Of a DNA stretch of 20,000 bases, positions 7,536 to 15,936 are shown in pieces. The notes under the pieces were generated by a model, which worked only from the letters and a program-made list of their open reading frames with translations, did not search any database and was not told the origin of the DNA. Each line of letters opens with the position of its first letter. The stretch's first letter is position 1. Both the position numbers and the translations under genes were made by a program. The DNA lies in IMG/VR virus record IMGVR_UViG_3300042895_000198, positions 53,605 to 73,604 of that record; one strand, 5' to 3'. The DNA is from an uncultured virus (IMG/VR IMGVR_UViG_3300042895_000198). Lineage: Duplodnaviria; Heunggongvirae; Uroviricota; Caudoviricetes.

Positions 7536-8567
7536 ATGTCAATATCTACAGATTCAAAATATATCAAACTGGTGTCTTCCCGCTTGCGTAACTTCAAGCA
7601 GAAAGATGCCTATCTATGGAACTTCTCTTGCCCTATTTGTGGTGACAGCCAAAAGAACAAATTAAAGGCAAGAGGGTATGTGTTCAAAAAAGGCAATGAT
7701 TTATTCTATCGTTGCCACAACTGTGGTTCTGGAGTAAATCTTGCCAACCTTCTCAAGCATGTCGATTCAGCCTTGCACAAAGAGTACGTTCTTGAAAGAT
7801 ACAAATCAGGAGAATCGGGAGCGACACGCCTTCTACCAGAAGCGATTTCAGTCCCATCTCCAAGATTTGGAAAAGTCGAGAGAGTTCGTACCTACGAAAA
7901 GGCAGAATATTGTGACCGCCTTCAAAGTGGACATTTTTGTTTAGAGTATCTCCAACGCAGGCAGATACCTGAGAAGTATTACAAATCGTTACTATTTACT
8001 AATAAGTACAGACAATTTGTAATTGAGGCATTTCCTACGAATGATAAAGATATTGTAGATGATGCTCGTCTGGTCATTCCCTTCTATGACCAATACAATG
8101 AACTGATTGCTCTATCTGGTCGTGCATTAGAAAATTCTAGTGACAAACTACGATATGTGACAGTTAGAACCAATGATAGTACAGACAAACTTATCTATGG
8201 TTTGGATAGAGTCGACCTAACCAAACCAGTTAAGATTGTAGAAGGTCCTATCGATTCCCTTTTCCTTAATAACTGTGTTGCCTCTGGTGATTCAAGTCTA
8301 GCTATTGCTGCTAAATTTGTTGATGCAGAACAAAAAATATTATTATTTGATAATGAACCTCGAAATAAAGAGATTGTGAAGTTAATGCAAGATGCAATCA
8401 AATTAGGTCACAATGTTGTCATTTGGCCTAATACTATGAATGGCAAGGATATTAATGAGATGGTGATGAATGGCATTTCGGTGGATGAAATAGAAAGTAT
8501 TATAAGTAGTAACACCTTCACAGGTCTTGAGGCGCAAGCCAAATTTACATTTTGGAAGAAAATATGA
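7536..8567 (+). CDS. 61: DNA primase, T4 gp61-like
   Basis: Zn-binding CPICGDS...CHNCG; TOPRIM motifs VEGPIDSLFL, FDNEPRN, KDINEM. ATG 7536 preferred to GTG 7518, which lies inside the promoter. Confidence 0.92.
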   Translation: MSISTDSKYIKLVSSRLRNFKQKDAYLWNFSCPICGDSQKNKLKARGYVFKKGNDLFYRCHNCGSGVNLANLLKHVDSALHKEYVLERYKSGESGATRLLPEAISVPSPRFGKVERVRTYEKAEYCDRLQSGHFCLEYLQRRQIPEKYYKSLLFTNKYRQFVIEAFPTNDKDIVDDARLVIPFYDQYNELIALSGRALENSSDKLRYVTVRTNDSTDKLIYGLDRVDLTKPVKIVEGPIDSLFLNNCVASGDSSLAIAAKFVDAEQKILLFDNEPRNKEIVKLMQDAIKLGHNVVIWPNTMNGKDINEMVMNGISVDEIESIISSNTFTGLEAQAKFTFWKKI

Positions 8568-9244
8568 AGATAGAATTGATTAGTTATTCTCAACGTCCAG
8601 CTGGAGTTGACCACGATGATACGTTAACAGATTTGGTAGCATACTGTGCAAGGGTCTCAAACCCAAGTAATCAGAACAATAAAGATACCGCTGAGAAGTT
8701 GATTCGCTATTTGGTCAATAACCAACATTGGTCGCCACTTGAGATGGTGAGTATGTGTTTAGAAATCGAAACTACACGGGATATTGCAAGGCAAATGCTG
8801 AGACACAGGTCATTTTCATTCCAAGAATATAGTCAACGATATGCTGACCCTACAAAGGACTTGGAATTTGTAACAAGAGATGCTCGCAAACAAGATAATA
8901 AAAATAGACAAAACAGCATAGACTTAGACATTCAAAATAACGATTCGGATAGGTTCCTACAATATCAATGGGAACGTATGCAAGAAAATGTTATTAAACA
9001 ATCTCAAAATGCTTACGAATGGGCAATAGTAAAAGGTATTGCCAAAGAGCAGGCTCGTGCAGTATTACCAGAAGGCCTGACTGTTTCACGTTTGTATATG
9101 AACGGAACTTTGCGTTCTTGGATTCACTATATACAACTCCGTTCCGCTAACGGCACACAAAAAGAACACATGGACATAGCACTCAAATGTGCAGAAGTAA
9201 TTGCCAAAGTATTTCCGATGGCAAATGAGTATATCACAAAATAA
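8564..9244 (+). CDS. thyX: FAD-dependent thymidylate synthase
   Basis: ThyX signature RHRSFSFQEYSQRY, plus HWSPLE and KEQARAVLP; ATGA overlap with the primase stop. Confidence 0.95.
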   Translation: MKIELISYSQRPAGVDHDDTLTDLVAYCARVSNPSNQNNKDTAEKLIRYLVNNQHWSPLEMVSMCLEIETTRDIARQMLRHRSFSFQEYSQRYADPTKDLEFVTRDARKQDNKNRQNSIDLDIQNNDSDRFLQYQWERMQENVIKQSQNAYEWAIVKGIAKEQARAVLPEGLTVSRLYMNGTLRSWIHYIQLRSANGTQKEHMDIALKCAEVIAKVFPMANEYITK

Positions 9245-9261
9245 TAATAATTGGAGTAATA

Positions 9262-11052
9262 ATGAATATCATTCATGGTATTAAGGTAGACTATTCTCGG
9301 GACAATTTGTTCGATGAATTGGGTCATAAAAGATTAAAAGAAAGCTACATGAAGGAGGATGAGGTATCACCACAAGAAAGGTTTGCTTATGTTTCAAAAT
9401 CGTTTGGGTCTAACGAAGCACATGCACAACGTTTGTATGAGTATTCTAGTAAGCATTGGCTTTCCTATTCTACACCTGTGCTCAGTTTTGGGCGTTCTAA
9501 GCGTGGCTTGCCTATATCATGTTTCTTACCTTATCTACACGATAGTGCAGAAGGCCTTGTCGATTGTTTGGCGGAAGTAAATTGGCTCAGTATGCTGGGC
9601 GGAGGAGTTGGAATTGGAATTGGAATCAGGTCTACAGATGATAAAAGCGTTGGCGTTATGCCTCATCTTCGCACTTATGACGCTAGTAGTTTGGCATACA
9701 GACAGGGGAGGACGAGGAGGGGGTCTTATGCTGCTTATCTTGATGTTTCTCATCCCGATATTCTTATCTTTTTAGAGATGCGTAAGCCGACTGGTGATCC
9801 CAATATGCGATGTATGAACCTACATCATGGTATCAATATTACTGATGACTTCATGCAAATCGTTGAGAGGTGTATGCTAGATAAAGATGCTGATGATTCA
9901 TGGGAACTAAAAGACCCTAACAACAATGAGGTGCGTGAAGTTGTATCAGCCAAAGACCTTTGGCAACGTATCTTAGAAATGCGTATGCATACTGGTGAAC
10001 CTTACTTACACTTCATTGATGCAAGTAATCGTGCCATGCCTGAGTTTCAAAAGAAACTAGGCCTAAGTATTAAACAATCGAATTTGTGTAGTGAAATTAT
10101 ATTACCGACTGATAAAGACCGTACTGCTGTATGTTGCTTATCGTCACTAAATTTGGAGTATTATGATGATTGGAAATCTGACAAACTTTTTCTTCGGGAC
10201 GTTGCTGAGATGCTTGATAACGTTCTCCAGTATTTCATTGATAATGCTCCTGACAGCATATCAAGAGCAAAATATTCAGCTAGCCGTGAACGCTCTATTG
10301 GTATTGGCGCCCTCGGCTATCATGCTTATCTACAGAAGAATTCAATCCCGTGGGAATCAGCATTGGCAACAGGCCGAAACATTCAAATCTTCAAATACAT
10401 AAGAGAACAATTAGATGATGCAAATATCCAATTGGGTACCGAAAGAGGCGAAGCACCCGATGCGGCAGGTACTGGACGGCGTTTCTCTCATATGCTTGCT
10501 ATTGCTCCTAACGCTTCTTCTTCTATTATTATGGGTAATACTTCTCCCTCTATTGAGCCCTTACGTGCGAATGCGTATAGACAAGATACTCTCAGCGGTT
10601 CTTCCTTGAATAAGAACAAGTGGCTTGATAGAATCATCAAGGGACTTACGCAAACTCAAAATGAGTACAATGATATCTGGTCATCTATCATTGCGAATGA
10701 TGGCTCTGTACAACATTTAACTTGGTTGTCAGATTGGGAGAAAGATGTATTCAAAACCTCAATGGAAATTGACCAACGATGGGTTATTCAACATGCAGCT
10801 GATAGACAACAGTATATTGACCAGGCTCAATCATTGAACCTATTCTTTAGACCTGATGTGAACGTAAAGTATCTACATGCAGTACATTTTCAAGCATGGA
10901 AACAAGGCCTGAAAACACTATACTATTGCCGTAGTGAGAAGTTGGCCAAGGCAGATAAAGTGTCGAAGCGTATTGAACGCCAAGTTATTGAAGAAATTGA
11001 CTTGAAAGCTCTTGCGGCCGATGATTCAGTTTGTTTGGCTTGTGAGGGATAA
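9262..11052 (+). CDS. nrdA: Ribonucleotide reductase class I alpha subunit (short, no ATP cone)
   Basis: PISCF, SNLCSE, VCCL, IAPNASSS, KTLYY and C-terminal CLACEG; uninterrupted. Confidence 0.95.
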   Translation: MNIIHGIKVDYSRDNLFDELGHKRLKESYMKEDEVSPQERFAYVSKSFGSNEAHAQRLYEYSSKHWLSYSTPVLSFGRSKRGLPISCFLPYLHDSAEGLVDCLAEVNWLSMLGGGVGIGIGIRSTDDKSVGVMPHLRTYDASSLAYRQGRTRRGSYAAYLDVSHPDILIFLEMRKPTGDPNMRCMNLHHGINITDDFMQIVERCMLDKDADDSWELKDPNNNEVREVVSAKDLWQRILEMRMHTGEPYLHFIDASNRAMPEFQKKLGLSIKQSNLCSEIILPTDKDRTAVCCLSSLNLEYYDDWKSDKLFLRDVAEMLDNVLQYFIDNAPDSISRAKYSASRERSIGIGALGYHAYLQKNSIPWESALATGRNIQIFKYIREQLDDANIQLGTERGEAPDAAGTGRRFSHMLAIAPNASSSIIMGNTSPSIEPLRANAYRQDTLSGSSLNKNKWLDRIIKGLTQTQNEYNDIWSSIIANDGSVQHLTWLSDWEKDVFKTSMEIDQRWVIQHAADRQQYIDQAQSLNLFFRPDVNVKYLHAVHFQAWKQGLKTLYYCRSEKLAKADKVSKRIERQVIEEIDLKALAADDSVCLACEG

Positions 11053-11691
11053 ATGTCTCACATTATTGCAAATTTACCACCGGTAAAGTGTTTTGTGCAT
11101 AAAGAATTCTTATATGATTTTGAAAAAGGATTTGGTGAACTTGTTCCTTGCTGGTGGGTAAGTATTAAATCTCTGAGAGGACAAGCCTTTCGTATTGAAT
11201 CATATTTAAATGAATATGGTGCTTTGTATGATAAATTGCCAATTAGTGCATACTGTTGGAAACCAATTGAAGGCGAACCGTTACCATTAGATTGTCTGCA
11301 ATTATGGGATTGTTTAAGTTATGATATTACTGTATTGAAGAAAGCACAACTTCAATCTATGAAATGTAAATTTAAACTAAAGACAGGAGACTGGATGTAC
11401 GGTGAATATATGTTCACAATAGATTCAGCTCATCCAGATTTTAATGTTATAGATACTGGCTTCTCTGAAGATGTTGAGGACCATAAGTCATATAACTTTA
11501 TTAAATGTGACAATGGACAATTTGCGTGTCAACCAAATAATAGAATGATTGTATTTGAACCTTCAAGTAATCCTAAAGAATTAAAATATCCAGACTTTAA
11601 AGTATCAACCAAAAAATGGTCTGTTGAAACCGAAGCCAAATGGTCTCTCGGTGACACAGACACTTACATGTATGAAAGAAAAGAAAAATGA
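11053..11691 (+). CDS. Hypothetical protein within the RNR operon
   Basis: 212-aa ORF abutting nrdA and overlapping thioredoxin; Cys/Trp-rich; no motif I can assign. Confidence 0.75.
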   Translation: MSHIIANLPPVKCFVHKEFLYDFEKGFGELVPCWWVSIKSLRGQAFRIESYLNEYGALYDKLPISAYCWKPIEGEPLPLDCLQLWDCLSYDITVLKKAQLQSMKCKFKLKTGDWMYGEYMFTIDSAHPDFNVIDTGFSEDVEDHKSYNFIKCDNGQFACQPNNRMIVFEPSSNPKELKYPDFKVSTKKWSVETEAKWSLGDTDTYMYERKEK

Positions 11692-11933
11692 AAAAAGTAA
11701 TAAGATTTACCGCCTCATGGTGCCAACCATGTAAAATGTTGGCTAAAACATTAGAAGATGTACAGACCAACTTACCAATTGAAATTGTCGATATTGATAA
11801 AGATTCTGATGTTGCAATCGAATATGGCATTCGTGGTGTGCCAACATTGGTTATGGTTGAAGATGGTACGATATTGAAACGCTTAGTTGGTATGCAGAAC
11901 ACAAAACAATTACAGGAATGGTTCAATGATTAA
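11688..11933 (+). CDS. Thioredoxin
   Basis: FTASWCQPCK active site and IRGVPTL cis-Pro motif; lies between nrdA and nrdB. Confidence 0.92.
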   Translation: MKKVIRFTASWCQPCKMLAKTLEDVQTNLPIEIVDIDKDSDVAIEYGIRGVPTLVMVEDGTILKRLVGMQNTKQLQEWFND

Positions 11934-12909
11934 AAAAACTAACAGCCGATTGACCGATGAGCGGTCAGCATTCAAACCCTTTAATTATCCATGGGCATAT
12001 GATGCATGGTTGAAACATGAACAATCACATTGGTTGCATACGGAAGTACCAATGGCTGAAGATGTTAAAGATTGGAAAAAGAAACTATCTACAAGTGAGA
12101 AAGAGTTTTTGACCAATATTTTCCGTTTCTTTACACAAGGTGATATTGACGTTGCAGGGGGTTATGTTAATAATTACTTGCCATATTTTCCACAACCAGA
12201 AGTTCGAATGATGTTGTTAGGCTTTGCAGCTCGTGAAGCATTACACATTGCGGCTTATAGCCACTTGATTGAAACTCTTGGCCTGCCTGATACCACATAC
12301 AACCAATTTATGGAGTATCAGGAGATGAAGGACAAACACGATTATGTGATGAACATCTCAGCTCAGAATACTACAAAAGAAAATACAGCAACACATATTG
12401 CCGTGTTCTCAGCATTCACAGAGGGTATGCAACTGTTCAGCTCATTTGTTATGTTGTTGAATTTCCCACGTACAGGTAAAATGAAGGGTATGGGTCAAAT
12501 TGTTACTTGGTCTATTGTTGATGAAACAATGCATGCCGAGAACATGATGAAGTTATTTAAGACCTATATACAAGAAAACAATGAAATCTGGAATGATGAT
12601 TTGAAATCTAGAATCTACACCATTGCTGAAAAAATGGTTGAACTAGAAGATAAATTTATTGATTTGGCATTTAGTAGTGGTGAGATGGAAGGTCTTACAG
12701 CGGATGAATTGAAGAAATACATCCGTTACATTGCTGATAGAAGACTCATTGGCCTTGGTATGAAAGGCATTTTTAAAGTTAAACGTAATCCACTCCCATG
12801 GGTTGAAGAAATGATTAATGCACCAACGCATACTAATTTCTTTGAGAACCGGTCTACTGACTATGCTAAGGCTGCTCATACTGGTACATGGGATAATGTG
12901 TGGGCTTAA
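11926..12909 (+). CDS. nrdB: Ribonucleotide reductase class Ia beta subunit
   Basis: Di-metal ligands and radical Tyr: FFTQGD, EALHIAAY, TEGMQLF, DETMH; C-terminal NFFE.R.TDY. ATG 11926 chosen as start. Confidence 0.95.
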   Translation: MIKKTNSRLTDERSAFKPFNYPWAYDAWLKHEQSHWLHTEVPMAEDVKDWKKKLSTSEKEFLTNIFRFFTQGDIDVAGGYVNNYLPYFPQPEVRMMLLGFAAREALHIAAYSHLIETLGLPDTTYNQFMEYQEMKDKHDYVMNISAQNTTKENTATHIAVFSAFTEGMQLFSSFVMLLNFPRTGKMKGMGQIVTWSIVDETMHAENMMKLFKTYIQENNEIWNDDLKSRIYTIAEKMVELEDKFIDLAFSSGEMEGLTADELKKYIRYIADRRLIGLGMKGIFKVKRNPLPWVEEMINAPTHTNFFENRSTDYAKAAHTGTWDNVWA

Positions 12910-12936
12910 TTTAAATACAACAAAAAAAGGATTAAT

Positions 12937-13374
12937 ATGAAAAAATTACTAGTTATCGCACTTATGGTGCCTTTCATTGCTTTTGCTCAGGGCAAACAAA
13001 AACCTGGTGTGACATATGATGCAGTATTGACCAGAGTGGTTGATGGTGATACAGTTGCATTTCAAGCCAACTTTCTACCTGAACCACTAAAGAAAGAACT
13101 TAGCATTCGTGTCTTTGGTGTTGATACACCAGAGAAAGGCCATCGTGCATTGTGCCCTAGTGAGGCCACAAGAGGTGAAGCTGCAAGTGCTTTCACTAAG
13201 GCAGCCGTAAATGCTTCAACTAAGCGCCAAGTTGTCCTAATGGATTGGGACAAGTATGGTGGCCGTGTGTTGGGTGATGTATTACTTGATGGTAAAAGTT
13301 TGCGCCAAATGTTAATTTCAAATGGCTTTGCCCGTGAATACTATGGCGAGGCAAAACAAAGCTGGTGTAACTAA
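12937..13374 (+). CDS. Staphylococcal-nuclease (thermonuclease)-like protein with signal peptide
   Basis: RVVDGDT, IRVFGVDTPE and DKYGGRVLG motifs; N-terminal MKKLLVIALMVPFIAFA. Confidence 0.88.
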   Translation: MKKLLVIALMVPFIAFAQGKQKPGVTYDAVLTRVVDGDTVAFQANFLPEPLKKELSIRVFGVDTPEKGHRALCPSEATRGEAASAFTKAAVNASTKRQVVLMDWDKYGGRVLGDVLLDGKSLRQMLISNGFAREYYGEAKQSWCN

Positions 13375-13520
13375 TGGCTACACTACATCACGTATGCGAT
13401 AACTGCGATTCACAATTCACAATCAAATATGATGTGGAAAAATGTGAAGATGATCCTCACTTCTGTCCATTCTGTAGCGAATACATACTAGAGAATGACA
13501 CAGAAGATGAGGATGATTAA
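13374..13520 (+). CDS. 48-aa zinc-ribbon protein with acidic tail
   Basis: Below the ORF cutoff: MATLHHVCDNCDSQFTIKYDVEKCEDDPHFCPFCSEYILENDTEDEDD; TAATG coupling at both ends. Confidence 0.75.
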   Translation: MATLHHVCDNCDSQFTIKYDVEKCEDDPHFCPFCSEYILENDTEDEDD

Positions 13521-13921
13521 TGTGGTTATATAACAATATAGAATTTACAGAAGACATGGTTGGTGATTGGTTTGGGTATATCTACGAAATCACCAACCTC
13601 ATCGATGGCCGCAAGTATGTGGGTAAGAAATTATTCACACGAGCTGGTACAAAACAAATCAAAGGTAAAAAGAAAAAGGTTCGCCTTTCCTCTGGATGGG
13701 CGAACTATTGGTCTTCGTCCAGAGAATTGCAAGAAGATGTTAAAAAACTAGGAGAGAAGAACTTCAGTCGTAAGATATTGTACCTATGTAAAACTAGGTC
13801 AGAATGTTCATATAGAGAAACTAAGGAGATTTTTATCAGAGATGCACTACTAACCACGGAGTATTATAATAGTTGGGTTTCGTGTAAGATACACAAGGCT
13901 CACGTATTGAATAAACTATGA
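13520..13921 (+). CDS. GIY-YIG family nuclease-domain protein (Seg-like, catalytic domain only)
   Basis: GYIYEITNLIDGRKYVGKK, YWSSS, downstream Glu and YYN motifs. Confidence 0.75.
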   Translation: MWLYNNIEFTEDMVGDWFGYIYEITNLIDGRKYVGKKLFTRAGTKQIKGKKKKVRLSSGWANYWSSSRELQEDVKKLGEKNFSRKILYLCKTRSECSYRETKEIFIRDALLTTEYYNSWVSCKIHKAHVLNKL

Positions 13922-13965
13922 AACATTGTAAAGAACCTGATTCGTTACCTAAGAGAAGGAAAACC

Positions 13966-14712
13966 ATGGCTCGTAAGACAACCGCCAATACAATCATTGA
14001 AACCGAAAGAGTTTCAAGACCATCCAATCACCTCAGACTGAGGCTTGATGACCTTAAAACATTTGACCCGTTGACAGAAAATCAAAAACTATTCTTTGAT
14101 GCATACAAACGTGGAGATTATTTTGTAGCACTACATGGTGTTGCAGGTACAGGTAAAACCTTTTGTGCCTTGTATAAGGCCATTGAAGAAGTGATGGACA
14201 AATCAAACCCATTTGCTAAGATTATTATTGTTCGCTCTGCCGTACAGAGCCGTGAGATTGGCCACCTGCCAGGTGATGTAAATGAGAAGATGGAAATCTA
14301 TCAACAGCCGTATCGCCAAATCTGTGAGACACTATTTGGTCGCAAGGACGCATGGGATAGACTAGAGGAACAAGGCCACATTGAATTCATATCTACATCA
14401 TTCATTCGTGGTATGTCCTTTGATGATGCTATCATTATCGTGGATGAGATGCAGAATATGACCTTTGAAGAAATAGATACAGTTATGACCCGTGTTGGTT
14501 ACCGCTCAAAGATTATATGGTGTGGTGATTACAGGCAGACCGACCTGAATAAGAAGAAGAATGACGTAACAGGCATTCTCAAATTCTTTGATGTAGCACA
14601 CCACATGAATGCCTTCACTCGCATTGAGTTTACACCTGATGACATTGTACGCTCATCATTGGTTAAAGATTACATTCTTGCCAAACTACAATATGAGGAT
14701 GCAATGGACTAA
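13966..14712 (+). CDS. phoH: PhoH-family ATPase
   Basis: Walker A GVAGTGKT, IGHLPG, FIRGMSF, IVDEMQN, GDYRQTD, DIVRS; RBS AAGGA before ATG 13966. Confidence 0.93.
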   Translation: MARKTTANTIIETERVSRPSNHLRLRLDDLKTFDPLTENQKLFFDAYKRGDYFVALHGVAGTGKTFCALYKAIEEVMDKSNPFAKIIIVRSAVQSREIGHLPGDVNEKMEIYQQPYRQICETLFGRKDAWDRLEEQGHIEFISTSFIRGMSFDDAIIIVDEMQNMTFEEIDTVMTRVGYRSKIIWCGDYRQTDLNKKKNDVTGILKFFDVAHHMNAFTRIEFTPDDIVRSSLVKDYILAKLQYEDAMD

Positions 14713-14717
14713 GGCAA

Positions 14718-14733
14718 TAGAGTTCGGACTCTA
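14718..14733 (+). other. Short stem-loop after phoH (possible 3' stabiliser or weak terminator)
   Basis: TAGAGT-TCGG-ACTCTA, 6 bp stem, no U tract. Confidence 0.35.
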
Positions 14734-14740
14734 GTGAAAA

Positions 14741-14772
14741 ATGTTGCAGCTGCACATATATAATAGTATAAT
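14741..14772 (+). promoter_or_regulatory. Sigma70-type promoter overlapped by a palindromic operator (TGCAGCTGCA)
   Basis: TTGCAG (14744-14749), 17 bp spacer, TATAAT (14767-14772); perfect palindrome at 14745-14754 flanked by ATG...CAT. Confidence 0.65.
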
Positions 14773-14791
14773 CACTAATATCGTAAACACT

Positions 14792-14950
14792 ATGTTCAAA
14801 CTCTTTTCTTACCTATTATCCTTCTTTGAAGGCACCAGTTACCAATCACGCTTGGACAGATACCTTTCCAATCGTAGTGTAACTGATGCATCACAGCTAG
14901 AATACTATGTCAGAGAGTTTGAACGTAATCAACATAAGGCATATCTGTGA
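14792..14950 (+). CDS. Small DUF3563-like protein
   Basis: MFKLFSYLLSFF...RLDRYLSNRSVTDASQLEYYVREFER resembles the YL....D...LE...R..E pattern of betaproteobacterial DUF3563 proteins (by eye). Confidence 0.5.
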   Translation: MFKLFSYLLSFFEGTSYQSRLDRYLSNRSVTDASQLEYYVREFERNQHKAYL

Positions 14951-15051
14951 AAAACATTCTAAACACTATTTACAAAGCATTTGTAACCCTTGGTAGTTTC
15001 ACTAAGGAATACCGAGAAACCAAATACGGTGCATACCGCACCGGCAAATAA
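14947..15051 (+). CDS. 34-aa amphipathic peptide
   Basis: GTGA overlap with the upstream stop, AAGG upstream; MKNILNTIYKAFVTLGSFTKEYRETKYGAYRTGK. Confidence 0.45.
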   Translation: MKNILNTIYKAFVTLGSFTKEYRETKYGAYRTGK

Positions 15052-15074
15052 CCTATCGTCTAAGGAGATAAACC

Positions 15075-15323
15075 ATGGCCAATTCTATTTTTACACCATT
15101 ATATTTTGCAAACTACTTCGTTGACCAAGTACAAGATGCAAAGAACAAGATTGTTGACACATTCGTGTTTGATGACAAAATCAAAGCATCCATTAAAGAC
15201 TTCGTTGAAGCACAACGTGACTTCACTAAGCAAGTAAACCGCACAACTAATGAAGTTGCTGAGTTGACTACAGTAACTCTCAAAGAAATGGCTGAGAAGA
15301 CAGTCAAAGCCGCTAAGATTTAA
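15075..15323 (+). CDS. Phasin-like amphipathic helical protein
   Basis: Strong RBS TAAGGAGA; 82 aa predicted all-helical, Ala/Lys/Thr/Phe-rich, no Cys or Trp; downstream of a TGC-palindrome promoter. Product assignment is tentative. Confidence 0.5.
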   Translation: MANSIFTPLYFANYFVDQVQDAKNKIVDTFVFDDKIKASIKDFVEAQRDFTKQVNRTTNEVAELTTVTLKEMAEKTVKAAKI

Positions 15324-15327
15324 TTGT

Positions 15328-15362
15328 TATACATATGCTTTGGAGGATATCTGAAGCATATG
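15328..15362 (+). promoter_or_regulatory. RBS/start-codon-sequestering hairpin with overlapping late-promoter-like TATACATA
   Basis: CATATGCTTTGGA (15332-15344) pairs with TCTGAAGCATATG (15350-15362), 13 bp including 2 G-U. It contains GGAGG and ATG 15360. Confidence 0.6.
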
Positions 15363-15614
15363 AAAAAACTAGTAGCGCATCGTGCAAATAAACGATTTAT
15401 GGATATAGCATTCAAATCACAATCGTGGCAACCAACTGAACGCAATGGATGGATTATAAAATTCTCCATTTTTAATGATGACAAGATATTGTTTGTGTTT
15501 CTCTCCAGATATACAGGCCAGACAGTTATCAGAGAGTTTGGTGATGAAGATGCCGCTGTGGACTATATCAACCTCATAACCGATTTAGATGCCGAAGAAT
15601 GGCACGTACTATAA
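15360..15614 (+). CDS. Hypothetical protein
   Basis: GGAGG upstream of ATG 15360; ends just before a terminator. Confidence 0.7.
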   Translation: MKKLVAHRANKRFMDIAFKSQSWQPTERNGWIIKFSIFNDDKILFVFLSRYTGQTVIREFGDEDAAVDYINLITDLDAEEWHVL

Positions 15615-15622
15615 TCAGGTAT

Positions 15623-15649
15623 AAACCCGCTTCGGCGGGTTTTCTTTTT
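15623..15649 (+). terminator. Rho-independent terminator with C(UUCG)G tetraloop
   Basis: AAACCCGC-TTCG-GCGGGTTT followed by TCTTTTT; this tetraloop is typical of T4-like phages. Confidence 0.92.
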
Positions 15650-15662
15650 GGCCACTATATAA

Positions 15663-15696
15663 TTGTACCGCAATAAAATTATGGTTAGTATATAAT
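15663..15696 (+). promoter_or_regulatory. Probable sigma70-type promoter
   Basis: TTGTAC, 17 bp spacer, TAGTAT; also TATAAT at 15691-15696; RBS AGGAGG follows. Confidence 0.45.
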
Positions 15697-15714
15697 GTTA
15701 CATTAGGAGGAAAC

Positions 15715-15936
15715 ATGAATGATAAGTTGAAAGAGATTGCCCTACATGCAGGTGGCAGTCATTACCCTGTTGTTGGTGGGGAAACACTAGAGAAATTTGC
15801 CCGTCTATTGATTGCCGAGTGCATTGATGCGGTAAAGAATACACCAACAACAGCCGCATTTACTACATTTGACAAAGCTGTGGTTGATAATACGATTGCA
15901 AATAGTGTCAAAGCCATTGAGCAGAGGTTTCTATGA
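15715..15936 (+). CDS. Hypothetical phage protein
   Basis: Perfect RBS; MND..KEIA..AG...LEKFA.L.I.EC pattern common in small phage ORFs. Confidence 0.75.
   Translation: MNDKLKEIALHAGGSHYPVVGGETLEKFARLLIAECIDAVKNTPTTAAFTTFDKAVVDNTIANSVKAIEQRFL

Noticed and set aside
9598..9627. GGAATT tandem repeat in nrdA
   Set aside because: It encodes the conserved GGGVGIGIGI loop; a coding artefact.
8564..12909. Introns or inteins in thyX, nrdA, nrdB
   Set aside because: All three frames are continuous and of ordinary length with no splicing motifs.
13520..13921. GIY-YIG gene as an active mobile homing endonuclease
   Set aside because: Only 133 aa with no C-terminal DNA-binding modules; kept as a CDS but not called a mobile element.
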